From assembly GCF_006345805.1 (NCBI RefSeq), contig NC_043010.1, forward strand, positions 59,706,001-59,770,000: a stretch of DNA of 64,000 nucleotides. The letters run 5' to 3'. The notes under the pieces were generated by a model. The model had not been told where the DNA came from and made no database searches. It saw only the letters and a program-made list of their open reading frames with translations. This stretch comes from Octopus sinensis. Lineage: Eukaryota. Made by a program: the position numbers and the translations under genes. Below, piece after piece: positions 50,501 to 62,300 of this stretch; positions within the stretch are counted from its first letter, which is position 1, and each line of letters begins with the position of its first letter.

Positions 50501-51982
50501 TGTGGGAAAAAGTGATGTCATAGTTTTGTCAGTGGAGGAATGACAGTACTCCTGTCTTCTTACCAGTGAAGGATTAACAAATTTTAGTAACAGCTTCAAG
50601 AAATTTTACTGATTAAATACATATAAAATATTGTCTTTAATATAGAACAAAATAGTCAATACCACCAAAAGCCAGTAAATTTTGTTATTATTACATATTT
50701 TAGTGTCAATCATGAATGTTATGTTTATAGTATGTCTTGTTACTATTATATTTAACAGCAGAAATACAGTCAACCCATTGAGGTGACATCTTATGGAGAC
50801 AACAGACCATCTTCTCACTATCCCACTGACACACTGACCAGTCGTAAGAGCAGTGGACAGTGCTGGAGTGAGCGGTCAAGTAGACAGTATGAAGAAATAC
50901 CAGCAATGTCAGGTAGGATAACAATGATTTGACTTTTCCTATTCATAAATATCCATATTCACATGAAGTAGAAGAAATATCTACCAGGGAATTATAAATT
51001 TGTGTGGCCTTATCTTCACCTGATTCATGGATGGATTAATACTTATTGTAACAGCTTAGTGAATATTCATCAAATATGAAACTATATTAGTGTCTTACTT
51101 TCTACAATGGCACTAAATATATTAATCTGACACCCATTTGCAGCCGATTGAATAAAGAAAGAAATATTCATGTTGTTTACTACCAAATTAAACAGACGTT
51201 TGAAAATATATTATTCTGCTTTATGAGACACTGTTTTGTATTGTCTTTTTAAACCTGGTAAAAGAAGCAAAAATAAATAGAATTCAAAACATGCATGTGT
51301 GTGTGTCTATACACACACACAGAGTAGCTCAATCACTTTCTTGCTTTACACTTATGAAGTGTCATGCTCAAAACTCTCAGCCTGTGAAACACTTTGTAGC
51401 TTCTGGGGATTAAAAATAAAGAATTATGTCTATTGACTTATTACTTATGTAATTTTATGGTAAATGAATGGAATCTTAATTAGTTTTGGGTCAGTAAGTA
51501 AACATATAGCACATGTGAGAGTGCATATGGTCTTAACAACAACCCATTATTGTTACCATGGTAGGAAAGTTGAACAATATGTAAACCAAGGGACTGCTCA
51601 GTATAGACTGATTTTTATTTAACCATTCCAGTCTAAGGCATTATCTTAATAATAATCGTATGATTGGGGTTTGTAATGTTCTGTGATGTTGTAGGATACT
51701 GAGACACGATTTCAATGTAACATCTTTAATTATTGATGTTGTTCTTCATTTTAGTCCATTGAATGTTGTGGACAAAACATTGATTACTAACGACAGTAAA
51801 TACCCATTGACCATATGAACTGTGTAATGAGTTTACTTGATGTATATGTTTGTGTTTCAGGAATCTATGGTGGTGCCCCACCTGATGTATCAGGCACCAG
51901 TGAGAGAGACCATTACCAAGACAGATATGTGAAACCTCCAGAGAGACAGTTACCTTCAACACCAGATGTTGTTGTCAGTTAA
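47556..51982 (+). CDS. PCDH: Protocadherin G6, join(47556..49913,50759..50912,51861..51982), 877 aa
   Basis: Intact ORF and homologous splice sites; exon-2 acceptor tttcag|47502; 5' exon donor after 45020. Confidence 0.93.
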
Positions 51983-52424
51983 GTGAGACTGAGAAAGGAA
52001 CACAACAGAAATAATATCACCTTCAACATTCACACAACATTTAAAAGCAACACAAATATTTTAGTTAGATAATAATATTGCCCACATATGACTGAATATC
52101 TTCAAATATGTTTGAGAGAATATATTTTGTGTATATCTTGGGAATATTACTCCAGATGAACAAGAAACTAACAGCTTCAGATATGAAGAATCCATTGGTA
52201 ACATTGTATAGTTAAGTGAACAATCATTAAGTGAAATATTGTGCAGAAGTAGACATTATGCCTGGGAAATTCAATTTATACTTGAAAATGTGATTTAAAT
52301 TATAACAAAAAAATAAACAAATGATAAGTAATTAATATTTCAGAGGATATATTGTAATAAGTTGATATATCTCTTTAAATTTCCCATAGATATCCTTATA
52401 TGAGACTTAGTTTTGAATTAGGTC

Positions 52425-52930
52425 AGACACTCACAAACTGTTATTGTCAATATTGTATTTACATTTTAAATTACACACACATTAACAACATCAGCCATAT
52501 TTTGTTAATATAACCTCTCTGTTCTAAGGATTTCTATGTCAGTCTCTCTCCACATCAGACATGTTGGTGTTATATAGACTTATCATGGCTGACTGTTAGT
52601 GGAGCTGATAGTGTGTGTTCTCTCACTACTCTGTCTTTGTGTGTGAGAGGCAACATCTAGTCTGAGAGAGGCTGTAGTAAGCATCACCCATCCTACTCCT
52701 CCTCCTCCCTTTCACACACACTCACACACACACACTCACTAAACACCACACATCCACAAAGGAAGACTGAGAGGGAACTGCTGGTTCCCACTGACTCACC
52801 ACCAACACTATTCCATCAACATGAAGCCATTGTCACACCATAGCAGCAGTGACACAGACAACCATTAACAACAGAACATTGGGACCAAGTCACAGTTTAT
52901 ACAACAAAGGATTTTACACACAATGAAGGT
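52425..52930 (+). promoter_or_regulatory. Conserved promoter / exon-1 cassette of G7
   Basis: Copy of the cassette; uORF1 ATG at 52821; ATGAAG|gt at 52923..52930. Confidence 0.75.
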
Positions 52931-54727
52931 AAGTTTGTTATTCCATATTATTTATTCAAATTATGTGAAATAATGATTTCATTTATAACTGTATTCCGAT
53001 ACCAAAATGTTATATTGTAATGGTGGCCATATTAGATCTGGTTGAGGCTTCGTTTGTCTTTTGTATTTATTGATAATTAAAGAAATTGAAAGCTTGTACA
53101 GAATATAATTTCAGTAACTTTTTCTGTACTTGATATTTTAATATTTTGGATATGTGTGTAGCAATTCCCTTATTTCTGTTTTACTTATAAAGAATTATTT
53201 TTCTGCCGAATTTTTTTTGTTTTTGTTTCAAATAAATCATTTAGTCTTTGGTCAGTGAAGTTTATTCAAGAATTACTTAAATGATAGACTTTAGAATAAA
53301 CCTCACCTTTGAGAATATAAGTGCCAGAAATAATCATGTTAACTACAGATATAGATATATTTTGCAAGATATCTTTATCTCATTTGTGTTTGAGTGTGTT
53401 TATTTTTCCCAAGTGATAACATAAGCCCTTTTTCTATTCTGGTTTAAAGCATAATTGAAAAATACCACTCATCTTGAATATATTAACTTACTGGTTTTGT
53501 TTTTAAAATATTTTTTTAGATGTAATATATTTATGTTTAAGATATATTTGGAATTAGTCATCAATATTTGATAGGTGAAATATGTCTGTTGTAATTTAAT
53601 TTTAGTATTGATTCATTAATTCATAATAATTCTATAACCTTCAATGGTTCTTATAAAATTTGGGTCCATACAATATTACCCTGGAACTGTCAGATTTTCT
53701 AACATTGCAATTATTGATAAATGAATCCCAGCCTTTCTACTTATATAACAACATACTGATGATTGTTATTTTATTGACCTGCATAAAACTCAGAACCATC
53801 TTGCTGAAGTTTCCTTCATCATGATTAAAATTAAGAATTATTCTAAGGAGAATATATTTATGATGTATGAATTAGTACATTCTAAAGAATTAATTTTAAA
53901 ATTGCAAATGTTTTTAATTTTTAAATATGTAATGTCTTATCACTTATGTCTGTGTGTTGGAAATTTGTGTCATCATTATCATTTTGTTACATGCAGAATC
54001 TGAGATGTGAATCCATTCTTGCTTTGTTATCTGTGGGAGAGAATGTTGCTTCAGTATCTTACATTTGATCTCTATCAGGAAATAAACTATAGCTGAAGTG
54101 TTGTAGAAACATCTTACTGGGTCAGTATTATACACTGATCCTCTTTTGACTCTGTCTCTTAATTAAGATTATTTTAATTGACGCGTATCTCCTGTACGAC
54201 TGTGTGTGTGCATGGTCATAAATCAATAAATACTGTGTAATTACTATTTATCATAAAATGAAGCATTAGTAAAATGTTCTGGATGATCTTTCGTCCAGTT
54301 TCACAGGTAATAATGCTGTAATGTTACAGTATTGTTATCATTAATGATAAAATATTGACAGTTAATGGTGTAGTGTTATTATTGTCCCAGATATTGAAAT
54401 ATGTGTGAAATAACTTGGCTCTGTTGAAAATTAGTTTGGTGTCTTCCTCCTGATGTCTTCGCCATGGGATGTAACCAAAATGTATTGATGTCCTCTGTCT
54501 TTCAGTAAATGTAAAAATACATAATGTTTACTACAGAGATAATCTTGCATTTCTGTTGTCAGGATCACTTATATTCATTTGAAGTTATTGGAATTTATTC
54601 AAAGACGAGTGTTATCTGTTATTTCATGCTCTCGAAATATACTTTTGCCATCATTGGTAATATCAGGAAATATGGCTTACATTAAATAATTATAATTTAA
54701 CTTCTATCAAATTTCTTGGTGCTTAGT

Positions 54728-55000
54728 GCCGCTGGACTGGCTCCTGTGCAGGTGGCACATAAAAAACACCATTTGAGTGTGGCTGTTGCCAGTACCGCTT
54801 GACTGGCCATCGTGCCGGTGGCACGTAAAAGCACACACTATACTCTCAGAGTGGTTGGCATTAGGAAGGACATCTAGTTGTAGAAGCTCTGTCAGATCAG
54901 ATTGGAGCCTGGTGCAGCCATCTGGCTCGCCAGTCCTCAGTCAACTGTTCAACCCATGCCAGCATGGAAAGCGGACATTAAACGATGATGATGATGATGA
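54728..55000 (+). mobile_element. Non-LTR 3' end / SINE with (GAT)n tail
   Basis: ggcacgtaaaagcacacactatactctcagagtggttggcattaggaagg...ggacattaaacgatgatgatg. Confidence 0.7.
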
Positions 55001-55714
55001 AAGGAAATATATTTATTATCTTCAATAAAATTAAATAAAGCAAATTTCTCATTTGCATATTTGCAATAAATACATGCTATAATTATTCTAAATTTCATTG
55101 ACGTAATCAAATTCTAATCAATCCAAAACCTATCTCTGCAAAGTTTCAATGAAAAATATATATTTGTCTGACAGTTATCATTGCCTGCCACCAATCCTTG
55201 TACGTGCTATGATCTTGCCTCTCTTATATCACCTCTCTGCATCTCTCTTTTACTCTGTCTTCCTCTTGCTCAATACAATGTAAAGCGTTACAAGAGGAAT
55301 CACCCAACTGACGACCTACGTTTATATCAGTTATTATTTTGTACAGGTATCGTCACAGTTTTTTTTATAATAAAAGGATTCTCTTTTGCTGCACCAACTT
55401 AAAAAATATATCAGAAATAGAAAATGCTTCCTTTGAGCCAATGCTTGTTGTAGGATTACTTTGGGCACTAATTCATGATCAACTCAGTTTACTGCCTATT
55501 TGTACAGTCAGTTTCTTCCGAAGGGAGAGAAAAAGGCAGAGAGAAAGAAAGAGTTAGAAAAAGAGGAGAATCCTGATCAACTAAATGATGTACGAGTGCT
55601 GCAGTGGTACATCATTTAGTTGACCAGAGCAGCATTTGAACTCAGAACACATAGAGTCAGACTGATTACTGCAAAGCACTATCCAACATGTTAGCAACGA
55701 TGCCAATTAGCTGC

Positions 55715-55716
<2 letters not shown>

Positions 55717-55750
<34 letters not shown>
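55717..55750. repeat. (CA)n microsatellite
   Basis: Directly visible. Confidence 0.95.
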
Positions 55751-55753
<3 letters not shown>

Positions 55754-56306
55754 CATGCATGCATAGGAAGTAGAGAATTATTTGAAGGCAAAACTGGCTA
55801 CCAAACATGACTGCTCTAACAACAGCACAGAGTTCAAATGTCCCTTTTGAATTTGTCTTTTTTGTGCAGGATACATGAACTTGAATAATATAATCTGTAC
55901 AAAAATTATAATGAACCTCACTAAAATCTATTTTTTTCCCATATAACACAATACAGATTACTAATTCGTTAAACTGGTAAATGTAAAAGAAACCAGCATC
56001 GTCCGAGGGAATTGCTAGTTTCTAACATTATTTACACAAATGAATTTTCTATTAGAATGAATTTGATGAAAGCAAAGACACATATACAAGATTGAACCAT
56101 TTCTTAAGCCGCCAAAAAATGGGTTCTTTGTAAGTAATGATTGGAATGATTAATCATCAGTTCATTAGTTTAAAAATATCAATGCATTTAAGCAAATGAA
56201 ATAATGTATTTAAGCTCAATAATTAAAGACAATATTAATTTCTATTTCAGACTGAATATTTGAAGCCATCTCCAACCTGGATACTGTATTAACATCAGGA
56301 CCAGAG

Positions 56307-59300
56307 ATGTTGTTACACCTGTGTGTTTTACTGACTTTCTTCCACTGTTATTTAAGTGAAGACATCACATACCATGTTAAAGAAGAGAATAATCCCTACA
56401 CCTATGTAGGGGACATTGCTGCTGACTTACAGAAATCAGACAGCTCCTTCTTAAAGAACAAGGATTCGATTACATTTAGTCAACTGCAACAAAAGGGAGA
56501 ACAGTTGTTCAATGTGACGAGAACAGGTAAACTGTACACTGTTGAGACATTGGATGCTGAGTCTGTGTGTAGTTATGAGAAAGAATGTTTTGAAATCGTT
56601 AAAGTTGCTGTTCACAAATCGAAGACATTTATGAAGATCTTAAAGATTAAAGTCATAATAGAAGACATCAATGACCACCAACCTGAGTTTCCTCAGAAAG
56701 AAATTGATATACATTTCCGAGAAGGAGATGGTAAAGGTATGAAGAAACACATACCTAATGCTATAGACAAGGATATGAGTCCAGAAAACAGCTTAATTAC
56801 TTATGAATTGAAAAAGGATAATGGACATTTTTCTTTATCAGTTGCAAAACAGACTGATGAAATATCAACATTACGAATTATTTTAGAAGAGAAATTAGAC
56901 AGAGAAAAGAAGGACAGTTACAATATTGAAGTCATTGCAAAAGATGGGGGAACTCCTCCAAAACAATCTGTTTTAAACGTTAAAATATCTGTGGAAGATG
57001 AAAATGATAATACACCAGAATTTTCCCAAAGTATCTACAATGTTTCTATTGAACATAAACATAAAAAGAATATTCCAGTCGTCACATTATCTGCCAGTGA
57101 TTTAGATATTGGCAGGAATGGTAAAATATCATATTACTTTGCCAGGAAAACTAGTGAGAAAGTGAAGAGAAACTTCAATTTAGATGAAAATACTGGAAAA
57201 TTATATTTAGCTACATCTTCAAAAATTGATAAGGACGAATCTTTTAAAATATACATCGAAGCCAGAGATGATGGCACATCTCCTCTGAGTTCCATAGCCA
57301 CTGTTTTGGTAAATGTCATCAATGAACACAACAATCCTCCAAATATTGATGTGAACTTTATTTCTACACAGAATCACAACACAGCTACCATTCTGGAAGA
57401 CATCAAAGTTGGTAGTTTCATTGCTTATGTGATGGTCACTGACAATGATGTTGGACACAATGGAGAGGTGAACTGTCATATCAAAGACGACACATTCAAA
57501 CTACAGTCAATGGGATCGAAGGAATATAAAATAGTTCTAAAGAAAGCAGTAGACAGAGAGACTCAGGAACATTATCACTTTACTGTGTCGTGTGAAGATA
57601 AAGGATTACCTGCTCTGAAAACTGATAAAGATCTGTCAATCCAAGTGTTGGATGTGAATGATGTAGAACCACACTTTACGAAAGACACATTCAAGTTCCT
57701 TACCTATGAGAATGACAAAGCTAATTTCCCTATTGGCTTTATCAATGCTACAGACCCAGATATTGGTAAGGGAGGTGAATTGTCTTATTCTCTGAGAAAT
57801 AAACAGCAATATCGTCTGCCATTCCAGATTATCAACTCTGGCTTTATTTCAACAAACCAGTCTTTAGACAGAGAACACAGAGATTTCTATGAGTTTGAGG
57901 TTTTTGTGAAAGACAATGGAAGCCCATCTCTGAATAACACAGTGAATGTTGAAGTGGAAGTATTGGATAGAAATGATAATGCTCCATATTTTACATTTCC
58001 TAGTGTTGACCCTTTCACTCTTAATGTCCACTATCATCCGCAAAGTAAGAACGACATCACAGTTCTGAAAGCATCTGATATAGACAGTCACATGAATGCT
58101 TTTCTCAGGTATGAAATCGTTTCAGGTAACGAGAGACAGTTATTTAAACTGGACTCTTTCACTGGTGTGTTATCTTACTCTCGCACAGTTTACCAAAATG
58201 ATGCCGGATCATATGAGCTTGAGTTTGTTGTGAAAGACAGTGGTACTCCAGTTCTGTCAGCAACAACTAGTGTGTCTTTGACACTGACTGTTAGTAACAA
58301 GACGTCACCAATGTTCACAGCTGTGCACCTACCAAGTGATAACACCATAGATGCGACATTGTTGATTATCATTGTAGTAGCAGCTGTGATAGTATCTATA
58401 GCTATTGTGGTTTCTATAACCCTGTGTATTGTGAGATGTAACAATGTGAGAAATAGCTCATCTGAAAGAACAGCAGAAGAGAAACAGGCATACCAATGTC
58501 GCAATGAGATGAGACAGTTGATCTATCAAGGTAACAACAGTGTACCTGTGATGTCAGGTAATCGAGGAGAGATGACAGACAGATATGGTCATTCGAGGAG
58601 CCATTACTATCCTGAAGACTGGAAGACATCGACAATGAGTCGGACACTTCAAAAGTCTACAAAGGTAAGCCTTACTTTGATTGACTATTTGTTAACAGTG
58701 AATGTTTGTTCAATAATTACATGACTTAAAAGCATTGACAATGAGCAGAAGTTTACCAAAAAGTATGAATGTATGATTTTCTTGTATTTTGTATCAGTAT
58801 TCTCATTGTTATAGAATTTATTTTTAATTACTCGGACATTTTTTATGTGTTCTTTCAGATAACCCCATTTGAGATAATTGAAACAATAAACACCATGATG
58901 ATATTTATATATTTTAAAATTTCAAATTAGTCATCACAATTGTACTTTAGATAATTATATGCAAATGTACTGTTCCTTCTTTACAAGTTTTTAATATTTT
59001 AAATTTTATCAAGTAACATAAACTTTACATAGTATTTATAACCTTTATATAGCAGTTTGTGGATTTAACCATCAGATACATGTAGTTAAAACCCAATAAC
59101 CTCGTGCTGTTTAGATAAAAACCATGTGTTCATATTTTACTGCCATAATATGATGAATGTATATTGCTTACATACACCTGATTACATGGAGAGATAAACA
59201 ATATAGATTGTGAATCATGCTTGAATATTTAAGCATTTATTATCTCATCTTCCACATATTTCTATGCAAATGAATAGACTGCAAGCATTGTAAAACATCT

Positions 59301-62300
59301 TGTGTAAAATTAATGACATGGATAACTACAGATATACTAGTAATACTACACATTCTAGCACAACTACGCATGCACTACTACACACACTAACTAGATACCT
59401 ACTCTCATAACAGCAGACATTTACTGCTTTACCATTCAACTGATTGATGGCTCTTGCAAGGTTTGTATTGTTTTAAAAAGAAAATAACACAAACTTTTAC
59501 AATTAGGCAGGTTAACAAATTATTCTGACTTGTATTTATTAGTGCTTTAGATCAACTTATCATAATGACCAATGAATATTCATATTTCTTATACCATTAA
59601 TCCAATCAAAAATATCTATTAGTCTAAATATATAAATGCCAATCCCCAATATTCTGAATGTCTGTGTTAAAATGTTTTAGTCACAGGAAGATGGGAAAGT
59701 GCCTATAACTGTTTCAGGCCATCCTAACCTGGTAAGAGTGATTGTAGTTCAATGATTGCAGGAAAAATGTAGACAGGGAGGTGGATTTCGGGAGGAGTAT
59801 GTCTGGTTGTTCAATAGATTCTAATTATGTGATGTAATTTATGGGAGCTAATGAGTTATTGATTGTCATTAGATAGTCTAACTTAACTGTGCTTTAATAA
59901 CTAACCTTAAGAGTACACATGGCACATTGTGGAAACTGCCTAATCAATACTATTCTATATTTTTGAGATAAGGAATTATGTACGGATAGGTGTCTCCACA
60001 TTTCAGCTGATGTACTCTCCAAATTTTGAACCCAACCCTTTATTTGACTAACAGGGCACTCTGTTTTCACTCCTAAGGTATTTTTTTTTGTTTTGCTGAT
60101 GTTATTTTTTCTGTTGATATTATTCCCAATACCCTGTCTGAGATTGAACTTAGAATCTGAGGGTTAGTAGCCTGCACTCTTATCCACTATGCTATATGAC
60201 TGTATGTAATTATAGAGTGAAGTTTTGGGCTTATAAACCTAATGTTTTATCTTTTCTTAATACAAAACTAGGCTAAATTATTCAATATCAGATATAGCAC
60301 TGTTAATCCTAAATGATATCTTTACAGTATGTGTTGTTACTATTGTATTTTACAGCAGAAATACAGTCAACCCATTGAGGTGACATCTTATGGAGACAAC
60401 AGACCATCCTCTAACTATCCCACTGACACATTGACCAGTCGTAAGAGTAGTGGACAGTGCTGGAGTGAGCGGTCAAGTAGACAGTATGAAGAAATACCAG
60501 CAATGTCAGGTAGGATAACTATCTTCTTCAATATTTTATAATTGATTAATTAATTATCATTGGTCATCAATTTACTTGCTTAAATTCAGAAGTATTCATT
60601 GATAGGTCATCATTCCACTCTTGGCTGTGGTCAAATAGATATCCTTATTTTGTTTGTTCCTTCTCAAGCCATGCCTGGCTCATAAGGGCCGGATTTCCCG
60701 GTTTCCTTGGCGTATAGGTTCCCCACCTGAACAGGACACTGGTCCGTTGCAGGTGAGCTGTAAGATGCAGGGGGAAAGAGTAAGAGAAAGTTGTGTCGAA
60801 AGAGTCAGCAGAAGTTCGCCATTACCTTCTGCCGGAGCCGCATGGAGCTTAGGTGTTTCGCTCATAAACACACACATTGCCTGGTCCGAGATTCAAACCT
60901 GCGATTCCTCGACCGCGAGTCTGCTGCTCTAACCACTAGGCCATGTGCTTCCACTATCTATATTTGAGGTAGGATAAATTCTTGTTGCCTTTCATATACA
61001 TACAATTACTTGAGTTCAAAGTTGCTTACGGACTAAACACCAAGCATTCATTTATCATACATTTCTTTATAGAAACTTGGAAACAGCTTGCTTATGCAAA
61101 TGCAGTCAGTCAAAGACTCCATGTACTGGATGCCAGAAGGTTTTAGGGGTCATCAGAAGAGAGTGTGAACTGTTTTGATGCCTTCCACTTGACAGCTTTA
61201 CAGTGCACTGCCTCTTCTGCCTCCAGCTTTCCTGTTGTGAGGCTTCACCTCCTGGTTTGACTGACTTGTATTCAACCTTGGGTCCATTTCAGGGTCATCA
61301 CTTCTCCAGCCAAGCTTCATCATTCCTTCAGCTATACTCAATCTCTGGCTCTCTCTCCACTAGATCTCTTTCAAAATGACATTTGCTTGCATAGTTTTGA
61401 CACCAATTGATAGCATCCACTGTCTCAGTTTGGTTCCAATAAAACTTCTACATCCAACTTCTATAAAGAGGTCTTATTACTCTCCAACCAACAGCAATAC
61501 AGTCTTCGTGCAGCATCTCATGTCACCCATCTTTCCTAACCTGAGTTGCATCTGCATTGTTTTCATGTGGAACAGTCAATTCAACAAGATGTATTATTTT
61601 GTTTCCTCACCTTGTATTGTCAATCTGGCTCCTTCTTTGTTGGTATTGGAAAGAGGCATTCACACCCTACAAGACCTACAATTAAATGGATGGCTTGAGC
61701 AAGGCTTAATTAATTGTCTTTAGTCACGTCAGAATTCCGTAATGTTGACACATGAATTTTTTATCAGTTTGGTCAGCTTGCTATTAACTCAGTCAGTTCT
61801 GCTATTGTTTGTGACATAGTAGAGTTTATTGACCCTTCATCAGCTTAGTATCCCTCTATTAATTCAGTTAGGTGTAACAACAGTGGTAAACCAGTAGAGT
61901 CTGTTGATAGATGACCAATTAGATCTTCCACCTAGTAACTCAACTGTGATACTGTTTGGGATAAGCCAGTAAAGCCTTCGGATCTTTCAGCAGCTAAGTC
62001 ATCTGGTTATTCACCCAGTCAGCTGTAACACTGTGACAGAATTCAACAATGGTACCCCAGTAATCACTGATATCTTTCCATCTGCTAAGACAGCCCCTGG
62101 ACAGCTCAGCTAGCAGTGTATATTATTAGTTAGATTTATGAATTACAAACTACTGAGGTAAATATTATTAACACTATCCACTTCTCTTGTACCGTAAGTG
62201 AAAATTATCCTTATTATTAATCATCATCATCATTTAGCATCCGTTTTCCATGCTAGCATGGGTTGGACGGTTCAACTGGGGTCTGTGAAGCCAGAAGGCT

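Noticed and set aside
60656-60954. Functional tRNA gene
   Set aside because: A/B boxes are present but are followed by a SINE body, with no complete cloverleaf.
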